DNA of 64,000 bases from contig JBOEGF010000015.1 of assembly GCA_050633305.1 (NCBI GenBank), positions 128,001-192,000 of the forward strand, read 5' to 3'. Numbering within the stretch: the stretch's first letter is position 1; every line of letters begins with the position of its first letter. Shown in pieces: positions 1 to 9,681 of this stretch. This DNA is from Nannocystales bacterium. Lineage in GTDB: Bacteria > Myxococcota_A > Polyangia > Nannocystales > Nannocystaceae. Made by a program: the position numbers and the translations under genes. Below the pieces are notes generated by a model that was not told where the DNA came from, did not search any database, and saw only the letters and a list, made by a program, of their open reading frames with translations.

Positions 1-1
1 G

Positions 2-1279
2 TTGTTTCCAGATCTCGTTCCGCTCCTTCGGCGTCTCGAGGAACGGCAGTTGCTTGAACTCCGAATCGAACTGGTCCCGGGCGAGCTCGGGTGAGATCGC
101 CTCCGGCATCCGCAGCCGTGTCGACATCGCAGCAACGACCTCGGCCATGTCCTCCTCGAAGGCCTCAAGGGTCTCAACGATGTTGCCGTGTGCCTCGCTT
201 GAAGCCGCGTGGAGTTGATTGGCTGCGGCAGCCGGGTTCTGCATCAGGGAGGGGTTTGGCGTCGCCGGGGCCCCCGTCAACTGCTCGAAAGCTCGGCGGT
301 CGAGCTCGTCGATGTGCGAGAGGAACTCCGTCACTGCGGTGTTGATGTCGTTCACCAAGAACTGGACCTCGCCAGTCAGGACGCTCACGGCCTCGGGGTC
401 GTGGAGCGTCTGTCCTTCCGGAGCGCCGTCCTCTTCCGCCTCTTCGTCTTCGCCGTCGAAGATCATCGTCAGAAGCTTTCGGCACTGGCTCTTTCGAGTC
501 CAACCCATCGTCGCGGCGATGAAGCCAACCTCCGCCGTCGTCTTCGTCATTCCCTTGCCGTCGAGGTGGTTGAACGCGTCGTTCTCGGTGGCGTCGTTGT
601 GGTCCATCCACGCGCCGGGGAATCGACCCAGCCCGTGCTCGAAGGTCAGCTCCTCGATGATGCGGTCCTGCGCATCGAATACGGTGTACCAGCGAGAGTC
701 CACCATCATCGTGCGCCGCTCGAACGGCCTCGTCGGGTCCTCTGGCGGGAGAAGCACACCGAGCACTCCCGGGGGGTGGTCGTTCGTCGTCCCAGGCTCC
801 TCGATGACCTCAGCGTTTGCGCCGGTGATGAACCGAAGCCCAACCGTGGGCCCCTTGCGGTCCCGGAGGGGTTCGGCCAGGACGAGGCCGCGGTTCGTTG
901 CCACGCTCATGGTGTGGAAGCGCTGGGCATGCTTGTTGAAGCGGATCCGGCGATACAGGTCGGTCAGTAGTTTCGACTGCGCCTTGTTCTTCTTGATTTT
1001 CCGCGTCGGCCTGCGCTTGTAGCCGACGGCGATACGGCGGACGGCCACCTTTTGCGGGTTGAACAGGCCGATCGCCCACCGAGACACCTCGGCCGCAATC
1101 TCGGGCTGGTGGTAGACGTCCATGACTCGGCGCCGGATGAGGTAGTCGAAGTCGTCGGTCTGAATCGCGACGCGGTCGGCGATCTCCTGGCGTCGGTCCT
1201 TCGTTCGCTGCGGCTGGCGGATCTCCGAAAGGAACTCCACCCGTTCACGCTCGGACATGTCTTCGATCGTCATCGTCAT
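2..1279 (-). CDS. Probable phage portal protein, 3' end off window; absent from the ORF track
   Basis: Open minus frame from ATG 1279 (ATGA overlap with the terminase stop): MTMTIEDMSERERVEFLSEIRQ...EHGLGRFPGAWM...; no stop seen before the edge; canonical position after terL. Confidence 0.65.
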   Translation of the reverse strand, partial: MTMTIEDMSERERVEFLSEIRQPQRTKDRRQEIADRVAIQTDDFDYLIRRRVMDVYHQPEIAAEVSRWAIGLFNPQKVAVRRIAVGYKRRPTRKIKKNKAQSKLLTDLYRRIRFNKHAQRFHTMSVATNRGLVLAEPLRDRKGPTVGLRFITGANAEVIEEPGTTNDHPPGVLGVLLPPEDPTRPFERRTMMVDSRWYTVFDAQDRIIEELTFEHGLGRFPGAWMDHNDATENDAFNHLDGKGMTKTTAEVGFIAATMGWTRKSQCRKLLTMIFDGEDEEAEEDGAPEGQTLHDPEAVSVLTGEVQFLVNDINTAVTEFLSHIDELDRRAFEQLTGAPATPNPSLMQNPAAAANQLHAASSEAHGNIVETLEAFEEDMAEVVAAMSTRLRMPEAISPELARDQFDSEFKQLPFLETPKERNEIWKQ

Positions 1280-3087
1280 TGTGCTCTCGCTCCCACGGCC
1301 TTTCCGTTGACCGTGTTCTTCTTTTTCTTCCGAACTTTGAACCGCTCGAAGACTCTCCACGCCACGTACCGGCATGCGTCCTCGAGGTTGTAGACCTCGC
1401 GGTCCAGCCAGGACCCCGCGTCCTTCTTGAGCTTGCGTCTGTTTGGCGCCTTCGCCATGGCGTTGACGAAGCGGGGACACCGGCCCGCGATGATGAAGAA
1501 CTGCCCCTCTCGAATCAGCTCCCGGATAAGGGTCCGAGAAGCACCGATCCCGGGATTCGAGTACGTCGTCTTTCGGGTCTTCGTGTTCTTGATGTGAATC
1601 GGGGCAACCGCTTTGAACTTCTCGTCCTCGTAGTAGAACTTGTCGAAGTGCTTCGATTCCTGGCCGCCGTACTTGTGCAGTGAGTGGAACCCGTTGCAGT
1701 CAGCGACGACGACGGACCCCGCATACTGGCCGTTGTTGCGGCGCCTCAACTCGCGGGCGGCCTCCTTCGCGTCTGCCTTGCTCGTGATGAGTTCGTCGAC
1801 CGCGACCATCTTCCACGTCGAGGGGTCTCCCTGCTCGCCGAAGAACTTGAACACGAGGCGCGTCTGCGGCTGCCAGTTGAAGTCGACGCCGATGATGTAG
1901 TCCCCGACCTTCTTGGCGCACGTCGACCGTGACACGTGCCGGGTGATGTCCGCGCCGAACCCCCAGGACTCGTAGTCCTCGCTCGAGTAATCCCGCTCAT
2001 GCAGCGCCGGGTCGTAGACATCGCTGTAGGCGTACAGCCCTCGCATCGTCCACCGGCCATAGATCTTCTGCTCTTTGACGATCGGGTCCGTCTCGTTGTC
2101 CTCGCGGCGCTTGATCGCCTCGTCCGGGATCCACGGGTTCTCGTAGCCGTTCAGCGTCAGCATTCGGACGCCGGGGACGGCCCACTGCTTTTGGCGCTCG
2201 GCTTCAGAGACCACCTTCTCGTACAGCCACGGCGCGTTGTCATCGGGAACACTCGCCACGATGACCTGCCCCATGTCGCCCATGACCCGACCGCGGATGA
2301 CATCAAATGCGTCCGAGTCCTCAATCAGCCGAGCCTCATCGAACAGGATGCAGATTGCCGCCTCTCCCTCGAGGTGGCCACCCCCGCCCCGTGCGTGGAA
2401 GGCCTCGATCACGGTGCCGTCTCGGTGGCGCCACTTCAGCGACTGGGCTTTCTCGTCCTTCGGCAGACGGTCCGCGACGAAGGCCGACTTCCGTAGCCCG
2501 TACTCGTCGCGCCCACGCGTTGGGAAAAGCGCTGGTGTTCCTGCTCGGCCGCGGTAGATGGCTTCAGCAAGTCGCCATGCGTTGGCCCTCTGTGGACCCA
2601 CGAGCCATGAGCGTCGCCCCTCGCCTCCGAACTTCATTGTCCGGCGCTGCCACTTCTGCATGGCGACGTACGACTTCCCCGACCGCCATCCGCCCGAGAA
2701 GTAGGTTGTCTCGGTCTTCTCTTCCTGAATGATGGCGATCCGCGACTGGGGCGTCTTGAACTGCACACGAAGTTCCGCCACGTGTCCCGTACAGGTCTCG
2801 TACGGCTCCGCCATTGCAGCGAACCGCCCGACACGTTCCATCGCCTCCGGCGAGTCCCAGGCGTTGATTCTCGCCATGGTCTTTGTGTCGATCAGGTACG
2901 AGAAGTCGTGGATGACCTCGAGCCCGCGAACCTTCGGGTCTCCGGTCAGCGGGCACACGTAGCCGTGCCGGTCGTTCGGCTCCACCGGAATGAGCTCGAC
3001 GACGACGTACAGGAACCGAGGCTCGCGGAAGTGTTGCTCGAGCGCCCGTCGCTTCGCCGCGAGACTCTGGTTCTCCCCCCAGGACAT
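1276..3087 (-). CDS. terL: Terminase large subunit
   Basis: Walker A GGWRSGKS, Walker B ICILFDEAR, ENPW motif, nuclease motifs IIGVDFN and VDEL. Confidence 0.88.
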   Translation of the reverse strand: MSWGENQSLAAKRRALEQHFREPRFLYVVVELIPVEPNDRHGYVCPLTGDPKVRGLEVIHDFSYLIDTKTMARINAWDSPEAMERVGRFAAMAEPYETCTGHVAELRVQFKTPQSRIAIIQEEKTETTYFSGGWRSGKSYVAMQKWQRRTMKFGGEGRRSWLVGPQRANAWRLAEAIYRGRAGTPALFPTRGRDEYGLRKSAFVADRLPKDEKAQSLKWRHRDGTVIEAFHARGGGGHLEGEAAICILFDEARLIEDSDAFDVIRGRVMGDMGQVIVASVPDDNAPWLYEKVVSEAERQKQWAVPGVRMLTLNGYENPWIPDEAIKRREDNETDPIVKEQKIYGRWTMRGLYAYSDVYDPALHERDYSSEDYESWGFGADITRHVSRSTCAKKVGDYIIGVDFNWQPQTRLVFKFFGEQGDPSTWKMVAVDELITSKADAKEAARELRRRNNGQYAGSVVVADCNGFHSLHKYGGQESKHFDKFYYEDEKFKAVAPIHIKNTKTRKTTYSNPGIGASRTLIRELIREGQFFIIAGRCPRFVNAMAKAPNRRKLKKDAGSWLDREVYNLEDACRYVAWRVFERFKVRKKKKNTVNGKAVGARAQ

Positions 3088-3411
3088 CTACTGAATCGGC
3101 GCGTGGAAGGACTCCGCCAGCGCGTCGCCCTCTTCCCGGCGACGATCGAGGTCCTGCAGGGTGTTGTCGTTCTTCGCCTTGTCCGCCTGCATCGCGGCCC
3201 GGACGAACTTGTCGACGTTCGCGTACAGCTTCGCCGCCTCGGAGGTGTCGTTCGCCTCCCTCGCGCGGTGCAGCACGTGCTCCGCCGCGTCGATGAGAGC
3301 CCGGCCGGACTTCGAGATCCGTTCTTCCCGAAGCTCGTTCGCCCAGTTCGTGACCTGGGCGCGGGTTTGCAGCGGCCGCGAGTCCCGGGCGGCCGTCTTC
3401 TTCGCGGTCAT
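3088..3411 (-). CDS. Small helical protein, candidate terminase small subunit
   Basis: 107 aa, immediately upstream of terL; function inferred from position only. Confidence 0.4.
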   Translation of the reverse strand: MTAKKTAARDSRPLQTRAQVTNWANELREERISKSGRALIDAAEHVLHRAREANDTSEAAKLYANVDKFVRAAMQADKAKNDNTLQDLDRRREEGDALAESFHAPIQ

Positions 3412-4076
3412 CGGAGCACCTCGGGGAGCAGCCCGGAGCGAACTCGGGGGGTTGCGAACGTCCGCACGTCGCCGAACCCCTGGTTCACGGCCTGGTCAAA
3501 CAGCCGCTGCAGCTCCTGGCCTGCGGTCCCCCGGACGCTCTGGAAGTCGACCGGCTGCTTTCGGTTGAGTAGGTTCTGGATGGTGAATGCCCGCCCGTTC
3601 TCCCCACCGTGCTCGTGCGGGGGGCGCGGCCCAGCGTCGCCACCGTACGGCTTGAGCTTCCGGGAGCTCGAGATCGTGCTGCCCCGGATCTTGCCCAGCC
3701 ACCAGTGAGCGGCCATGTACCCGGACCGAAACCCGAGCCGGTCCGAACGACGCGCCCCGAACTTGGGGGTCTTCGACGCGACCCGCTCCAAGGGCCCGCG
3801 ACCGTCCGCGCGGCGGCCAAGGGTGAGCTGGCGCCCGAAGTACGCCCCCATCCCGAGGGTGACGTGCTCGACCATCTTGCGCATGTCGAGGTCGAAGGCC
3901 AGTTCCTTGTGGACCGTCAGCCGGAGCGCGAACCCGTTCTTGAGCGGCCCGCCCCCCGCTGCCTTCGAGGCCTTCCGGGCCCGCTCTTTGCTCAGGATGA
4001 CGCCCTCAGCCGGGCCCTTCCGCGCTTTTCGGCGGCGGGTGCCCGATTGCGAGATGTGCGCGGCCATCCTGGTCAA
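3408..4076 (-). CDS. Basic phage protein, possibly virion morphogenesis/neck family
   Basis: Coupled to the next gene; GRRADGRGPLERVASKT loosely resembles morphogenesis-family motifs. Confidence 0.3.
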   Translation of the reverse strand: MTRMAAHISQSGTRRRKARKGPAEGVILSKERARKASKAAGGGPLKNGFALRLTVHKELAFDLDMRKMVEHVTLGMGAYFGRQLTLGRRADGRGPLERVASKTPKFGARRSDRLGFRSGYMAAHWWLGKIRGSTISSSRKLKPYGGDAGPRPPHEHGGENGRAFTIQNLLNRKQPVDFQSVRGTAGQELQRLFDQAVNQGFGDVRTFATPRVRSGLLPEVLR

Positions 4077-4222
4077 GCTGACCTAGCGCGCCCGACGCTT
4101 TTCGGGAGGTGCGCGCATTTTTTCATCCCTGGGTGCCCGGGCTCGGGACCCCACCCCCCTACCCGAGCCAAGGGGGAGCCCCCCACGTCCTCCCTGCTGC
4201 GTCCTCGCCCTGTTGTCGTCCA

Positions 4223-4870
4223 CTAGGGCTTGGGACCGGCGCAACACGGTAGATGCCAGGCGCTCACCAGCCCAAGCGCCGCCATGGTACCGCCGGCGTG
4301 CAGCGTCACAGGCTTGAGCTCGCACATGAACTCGCCACTGGCCCTGTCCACGATTCGGAGCACCTCTCGTCCCATTCGTCCTGAGGCATACAGCCCGTCG
4401 AGGAAGCCGAGTGTGTAGCCACGAATGCCACGGATGACCGTCACCCACTCGCCGTCCCGCAACTGCTGAGCGTCAAACGCCCGGCTCCTCTTACGTTCAC
4501 GCATCGCCCCCATCACGAACCCGGCCTTCTCGTAGACGGATTCAGGGATGAAGGCTACGCGCGCTCCCTCGCTGACCAAGACCATTCGTGTGTCCTCGGG
4601 TCGCACCTCGTCGATGGCTGGCAGGTTGTCACCAAGCCCCACCTCGATCTCATCGTTGGGCTCGAAGTGCCATGCTGCGCCGTACAGTTCGCCGCACACC
4701 ACGATTGCGTTGCATGGCTTGCCATCGACCTCATGGAGAGGCACGACGATCGCTTCCATGTCACCGCACACGAAGCGGTCACCGTCCGACAACTCTACGA
4801 ACTTGACTCTCTTCAGCATGCGCCCACCCTGCGAGCGCGCAAAAAGCGGCCCCACGTGCTGGCCCGTCAT
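4223..4870 (-). CDS. Phage hypothetical protein
   Basis: Protein-like composition; AGGAG just upstream; start could be 4819. Confidence 0.55.
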   Translation of the reverse strand: MTGQHVGPLFARSQGGRMLKRVKFVELSDGDRFVCGDMEAIVVPLHEVDGKPCNAIVVCGELYGAAWHFEPNDEIEVGLGDNLPAIDEVRPEDTRMVLVSEGARVAFIPESVYEKAGFVMGAMRERKRSRAFDAQQLRDGEWVTVIRGIRGYTLGFLDGLYASGRMGREVLRIVDRASGEFMCELKPVTLHAGGTMAALGLVSAWHLPCCAGPKP

Positions 4871-5013
4871 CTCCTAAGACCCGCGGGTCAGAGTCCACGG
4901 TATGCACGTGAGGCCTACCTGTCGCCGCCGGTGTCCCTTGGGAGCCTGCTTGCGTACGCGCGGAACGACGACCAGGTGGACACACCCTGTCCGTGCGCGC
5001 TTCTCACCAGTCG

Positions 5014-5328
5014 TCAGCCCAGTTCAGCCTTGAGCCGCGCTGTCTTGCCGCCCCGGCGGCCCAGATCGACGACCATCCCATCCGCGCCGGCCAGTGACTC
5101 GCCGACTTTTGCCCACCCTTGGTCAAGCATCCCCTGTTTGAACGTGGGCGACTCGTCGACGCACCATGGGCGGGGTCTTGGGACGGACTCGACGCGATAC
5201 TTGGCCACGACCTCAGCCTCCCATGCGCGGTCACAACCTGCAACACCACCCCCCGCTGTTCCCCCTCTGCGACCGTCTGCCACTGGCGCATGTCCGGTTT
5301 TGTGCACGCTTCGTATGTGCGGCTTCAC
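5014..5328 (-). CDS. Phage hypothetical protein with a C-terminal GRRGGKT motif
   Basis: GTG start overlapping the upstream TGA (GTGA coupling). Confidence 0.5.
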   Translation of the reverse strand: MKPHIRSVHKTGHAPVADGRRGGTAGGGVAGCDRAWEAEVVAKYRVESVPRPRPWCVDESPTFKQGMLDQGWAKVGESLAGADGMVVDLGRRGGKTARLKAELG

Positions 5329-5615
5329 ATCAGCTTCCTGTTGAAGGTCGCGTCGGGGTGCAAGAACGGCACGTACGCGTTCGGGGCCTCGACGGGCGGT
5401 TCGTCGGCAGGAGCGGGCTCTCCGTACGCCTCCTGCAGCGCCTTCACTGCCTTCGCCACGTGCCAGCGAAAACGACTCCTGCTGATCGGGCACTTCTCCA
5501 CGCCCGCGGCCTCCAAGACCGGCTTGATCTTCTTGGCGTAGTGCTTCTTCGTCACGCCGATGTGGCGCGCAAACTCCATCGGGCTGAGCCAGGCTGGGTT
5601 CCTTGGGGCTGTCAT
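5325..5615 (-). CDS. Small HTH-like DNA-binding protein
   Basis: WLSPMEFARHIGVTKKHY resembles an excisionase/MerR-like HTH start. Confidence 0.45.
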   Translation of the reverse strand: MTAPRNPAWLSPMEFARHIGVTKKHYAKKIKPVLEAAGVEKCPISRSRFRWHVAKAVKALQEAYGEPAPADEPPVEAPNAYVPFLHPDATFNRKLM

Positions 5616-5636
5616 GGGGCGATGTTGGCCCCGCGC

Positions 5637-7712
5637 CTATGCCGGCAACGCGTTCAGCACGATCTGGTCGTACCCGTAGCTTGGGACGCGCTGGTCCTGC
5701 CCACCTCCGAGCCCGAGCACCCACCTGCGCGACTTTGAACCCCTGCCCACGACATCAGACAGGGCCTGTAGTGCCCCCGTCGATGGCGTGAAGCTGAGCA
5801 CGTGCCACGTCTGCTCGTCGCCTTGGCTGTCGGGGCCCAGCTGGGTGTCTGCCGACCCAGAGCCCGCGACGGTGACCCACTGCTGGGCGGCTGAGTCCCA
5901 CACCTCAAGCCCCACCGTCTGCACACTGGACATGTCGGCGGGCGACTCAACCTGGGTCACGACCCCGCGCTCGGTCGTAGCGGGGTAGATGACGCGCTCG
6001 GACAGGGTCTGGCCCTCGTCCTCGGGATTGACGTACCAGGGCTGTCCCATGAGTCCTCTCTGCTGCGTAGCGATGCGTGGTGTGGTGTGGCTGGTGGTGA
6101 CGTGGCCGGTGAGCACGACCACGGTCAGGCCGGACACGTTGGCAACGAGGCTGGTCCCAGAGCCCCCGAAGGTCGCGGAAACTGGCAGAGGGAGGGTGAC
6201 GTCGGCTGCCAGGCTCGCGGCCGAGCTCCCGAACACCCCCGAGACGGAGAGGTTCTGCTCGACGCTGGCGTTCAGGCTGCCTGCGGAGCCTCCGAAGGTG
6301 CCCGCGACGGCAAAGGACGGCGGCGTCCCGAGGTCGACGGTCGCCGAGAGGCTGGATGCCGAGCCCCCGAACGTGCCTGCGGGGTTGGTGAGCAGGTCGA
6401 GATCGAGCGCGCCGCCGCCTGGGCTGCTGAACGTAGCCTCCACGGCGAAGCCAGCAGGCGCGGGCGTCTGCCATGCGATGACCAGGAACTCGGCCGGGAC
6501 GAAAGAGGCGCCCCCTCGGAGCATCCCGACGGAGAAGTCCCCAGACCCGTACGTGTCGACCCGCCCAGTGACCGTGTAGGCCGAGCCGGACACCAGGACC
6601 TCGTGGGACTGCAGCGGGACGAGGGTGATGTCGTCTGCCGCCCCCACGCCGTTGTCGTCCACGCCACGGAAGGTCCCGTTCGGCGGGTGCTCGCTGGCCC
6701 CTTGGACGAGCCGGACGTCTGCAAATTGCGTCGTCTGGGCCTCTGTCTGCCCGAGGTACGAGTGCACAACGTTCGCCTCGCCCGGGTCAGGGACGGCGAT
6801 GGAAAGTCCTGGCAGCGTGAATGGCCCCGTTGCGGCGGTCTCGTTGACCCCTCCGGTGCTCTCCCCCCGGTAGACGTTCACCGAATCGGAGCGGAACGCG
6901 AAGAACCGAACCCGCCGGCCGGGGAAGTTGCCATCGGCGAGCGTGCCCTCGGCCTCGACGCTGAGCCGGTACGTTGTGCCGCTGGTCAGAGCTCGCTCGG
7001 TCACCCACCGATACGAGTGCTGAATCTCGCCCACCGGGAAGCCCTGGTCGCGCTCGTGGAACGTCTCCTGCTGGACCGTGGCGGGCGTCCCATCGGGCCC
7101 GAAGCGACACCGGACCGCGACCTCGTCCGCGTTGACGCTGGTCCCGTCGCCGAAGACCTCGACCGACGCCACGAGGACGTAGTCCCCATCCGAAGCGGGC
7201 GAGAACGTGAGGTCGGTACCGAGCGCGGTCCATCCCGCGGCCGGGGTCGTGACCGCGGCGTCGCTGTTGGCCGATTCTTGGCTCTGGAAGTCCCCGAGGT
7301 CGGCCGTGGGGACCGCGACGATGCTCCCGCTCGAGCATTGGGCGCTCGCGCCACCCGACAGCCCCCGCCCAACGAGCCGGAGCTCGCTCGAGGCGTCGCC
7401 GGTGACCACGAACGCGGACGCAAGCTGACTGCCCCGGCTTGGGTTGCCTGGTCCAAAGCCAGAGAACCGCATCGTCGACGCACCACGGGCGTACGTCGTC
7501 CCACCGAACTCGCACCGGACCTCGGCGCCGTTGTTGTTGTCGCCGTCGTTGGTGACGTTGCAGAACGCCAGCACCAGGTGGTCGCCCACGGCGGGCACAA
7601 CCGTCGTCGCGGCGTCGGCAGCGTCGACCAGCGGGACAACGACGTCCGCCAGTCCAGCGGACAGCACGGCCGTCGAGGTCTGACGGCCGGCAGCTACGGC
7701 GAGAGCGGGCAT
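5637..7712 (-). CDS. Virion structural-like protein (fibre/baseplate-like, 691 aa)
   Basis: Ala/Gly/Ser/Thr/Val-rich beta-type composition; five (A/G)xF(G/S)(G/S) repeats; distinct C-terminal domain. Confidence 0.55.
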   Translation of the reverse strand: MPALAVAAGRQTSTAVLSAGLADVVVPLVDAADAATTVVPAVGDHLVLAFCNVTNDGDNNNGAEVRCEFGGTTYARGASTMRFSGFGPGNPSRGSQLASAFVVTGDASSELRLVGRGLSGGASAQCSSGSIVAVPTADLGDFQSQESANSDAAVTTPAAGWTALGTDLTFSPASDGDYVLVASVEVFGDGTSVNADEVAVRCRFGPDGTPATVQQETFHERDQGFPVGEIQHSYRWVTERALTSGTTYRLSVEAEGTLADGNFPGRRVRFFAFRSDSVNVYRGESTGGVNETAATGPFTLPGLSIAVPDPGEANVVHSYLGQTEAQTTQFADVRLVQGASEHPPNGTFRGVDDNGVGAADDITLVPLQSHEVLVSGSAYTVTGRVDTYGSGDFSVGMLRGGASFVPAEFLVIAWQTPAPAGFAVEATFSSPGGGALDLDLLTNPAGTFGGSASSLSATVDLGTPPSFAVAGTFGGSAGSLNASVEQNLSVSGVFGSSAASLAADVTLPLPVSATFGGSGTSLVANVSGLTVVVLTGHVTTSHTTPRIATQQRGLMGQPWYVNPEDEGQTLSERVIYPATTERGVVTQVESPADMSSVQTVGLEVWDSAAQQWVTVAGSGSADTQLGPDSQGDEQTWHVLSFTPSTGALQALSDVVGRGSKSRRWVLGLGGGQDQRVPSYGYDQIVLNALPA

Positions 7713-7719
7713 CGGGGGC

Positions 7720-8805
7720 CTACGTGGTGCCGGTCAGGTCGAGGACAAGGGCCTCATCTGCCACGGTCGGGGCAACGCCGGAGACAACCTCGGCGCTCTG
7801 CGTTGGGTCCCAGAGCCAGAGGTTGCCCCCGCTGGCTGCGTCGTAGAGACACCAGTAGCCCTGTCCCCACGTTGCCGACGGGACGGGCAGCGAGACGGGC
7901 CCCTGCACGAGGCGTTGACCAGCCGCGGCCGCATCGAACGTGACAGCGGTTCGGCTGTAGTTGGACCCCACCGGTTCGGTGACGTTCGTGCCGTCGAGCG
8001 CTGGAACGGTCGTTGAGAATGCGAGGTAGAGCGTCGCCGGCGGAGCGGTTCCGCCAAGCATTTGGGTAGACGCGTAGGTGCTGGTGGCCATCTTGTTCCC
8101 TGGGGTGCGGTAGGTGATCGAGTGAAACCGGACGCGCAAGTCAGGCGCGGCCGCAGAGCTGTAGGCCATCAGGCCCACTGCGAGAGGTCGGAGCAGCAGC
8201 GGTGAAGGCGAGCCGCGGTAGAGCACGACGAACCGAGTCCAGTCCGCCATGCGGGCCAGCACCTCGAGCGTCGAGCCCACCCGGCGCAGCATCAGGCGGC
8301 AGCGACCGGGCGCCCGCGAGATCGTGTCCCAGACGGTGACGTCGGCGATCGTCCGCTTGTGCTCGAAGACGATGTCGTCGCCACCGTTCGCGCCGCCGGC
8401 CTGTCCGTGCCCTGCGTGAAAGTAGGTGTACTGGTCGACACCCGGGTTCGCGTCCGTCGGATGCGGGAGCAGGTGAGCCGCGGGGCCACCGATCCGGGCG
8501 TGCAGGTTGTGCGTCGGCGGGTCGCCGTCTCCGGCCAGGTTCATCCGCTCGAGGTCGACCTCGACTTCAAAGTCCCCCGCGATGTAGTCCTCGCCCGAGA
8601 CGGGGTCAGACGCGTACATCAGCGGGCCGTCGTCGTCATCGAGCCAGAACATGCCCGCGGTGCCGCCGGTGTTGATGAGGATGTCGAGGACGTCGAGCCC
8701 GTCGGGCCGGTACAGGTAGGACCACGACGCCGCCGCGTTGAAGACCCGCCACTTCGCATCGAGTGCGGGGGCGGTGAAGTCGTCGCTACGGTCGGCCAGG
8801 GCCAC
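7720..8805 (-). CDS. Virion protein: lectin/ConA-like N-domain plus tail-fibre-like C-domain
   Basis: SDDF...LDAKW start; C-terminal LYLAFST...NYSRTAVTF...LYDAASGGNL pattern typical of small phage tail proteins. Confidence 0.55.
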   Translation of the reverse strand: MALADRSDDFTAPALDAKWRVFNAAASWSYLYRPDGLDVLDILINTGGTAGMFWLDDDDGPLMYASDPVSGEDYIAGDFEVEVDLERMNLAGDGDPPTHNLHARIGGPAAHLLPHPTDANPGVDQYTYFHAGHGQAGGANGGDDIVFEHKRTIADVTVWDTISRAPGRCRLMLRRVGSTLEVLARMADWTRFVVLYRGSPSPLLLRPLAVGLMAYSSAAAPDLRVRFHSITYRTPGNKMATSTYASTQMLGGTAPPATLYLAFSTTVPALDGTNVTEPVGSNYSRTAVTFDAAAAGQRLVQGPVSLPVPSATWGQGYWCLYDAASGGNLWLWDPTQSAEVVSGVAPTVADEALVLDLTGTT

Positions 8806-8838
8806 GCATGGAGATTGGCCGCTCGCGGTGTGCGCTTG

Positions 8839-8991
8839 TCAGGTCCTCAGCGACGAGAGGCGCCGCTTGTACCTGCGCACCCCTTCGTTCTGGCAGGGCT
8901 TGCAACGGTACTGCAGCCCGTCGTGGGCGCTGCTGAGCCGGTAGAACTCCGAAGAGCGCTTGAGCTGCTTGCAGACCCCGCAGCGCTTCAC
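8839..8991 (-). CDS. Small zinc-finger protein (50 aa); below the ORF-track cutoff
   Basis: VKRCGVCKQLKRSSEFY...DGLQYRCKPC; GTGA coupling with the upstream gene. Confidence 0.65.
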   Translation of the reverse strand: MKRCGVCKQLKRSSEFYRLSSAHDGLQYRCKPCQNEGVRRYKRRLSSLRT

Positions 8992-9233
8992 GGTCCCCCC
9001 AACTTCGAGAACGCCGCGTTTGCGATGTCGGCGGCCTCCATGCCCAACTGCGTCACGCGGTAGTGGTCAGGCTCGGGATGGTCCGATCGGTGGCCAATCA
9101 GGTGCCCGAGGTGGTCATCGCATGCTTCAACCTTGCTTCCGGGCAGGTCGTCGCCATACGTGACGCTGTAGTACGCAGGTTCCTCGCACCTGGACCCCGT
9201 GCGGTCGATGTAGCAACAGCGAGGGTGTGTCAC
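8988..9233 (-). CDS. Cys/His-containing phage hypothetical protein
   Basis: Coupled start and stop; CC..C..CDDH. Confidence 0.5.
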   Translation of the reverse strand: MTHPRCCYIDRTGSRCEEPAYYSVTYGDDLPGSKVEACDDHLGHLIGHRSDHPEPDHYRVTQLGMEAADIANAAFSKLGGP

Positions 9234-9463
9234 CGCTCCGACCTCCGCTTCGCCGCAGCGTGCGAGTGGTAGTGCCGCGCCCGGTTCTGGTGCCACCAGC
9301 GGGCGACCCGGCGCCACTTCGGCAGGCTCAGCATCTTGACCTCGTGGAAGTTGGCCCAGTAGCGCGGCTCCTTCCGGCGACTCTTCCGTTCGTTGGCGAT
9401 TTCACGGGTGACGCCGTTGATGACAGCGACCGCCCCGTCCTTTGCTTGTTCTGCGATGCTCAT
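9230..9463 (-). CDS. Basic phage hypothetical protein
   Basis: ATGA coupling with the upstream gene. Confidence 0.5.
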   Translation of the reverse strand: MSIAEQAKDGAVAVINGVTREIANERKSRRKEPRYWANFHEVKMLSLPKWRRVARWWHQNRARHYHSHAAAKRRSER

Positions 9464-9681
9464 GCGTTCTTGCTCAGTGCTTCGAGGAGCGAGAGCCGCG
9501 CGGCCTCGCCGAATGCCCTCGCGATCCGCTCTTTGGTCGCGTGGGCGGGAAGGTCTCCGGAGAATGGGAAGGTCTTGCGCGTGCCGTCTGCGAGGTTGAT
9601 GTGGGCGGCGTGGGCCACGAGGACACCGCCGGACTCCGAGCGACCGACATGGCCGATGAGTGAGAGGCCGCGGACCTTCAC
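9460..9681 (-). CDS. Phage hypothetical protein
   Basis: GTGA coupling with the upstream gene. Confidence 0.45.
   Translation of the reverse strand: MKVRGLSLIGHVGRSESGGVLVAHAAHINLADGTRKTFPFSGDLPAHATKERIARAFGEAARLSLLEALSKNA

Noticed and set aside
209..1022. Plus-strand ORFs of 253 and 267 aa
   Set aside because: Antisense shadows of the portal-like gene, like many other long shadow ORFs in this window.
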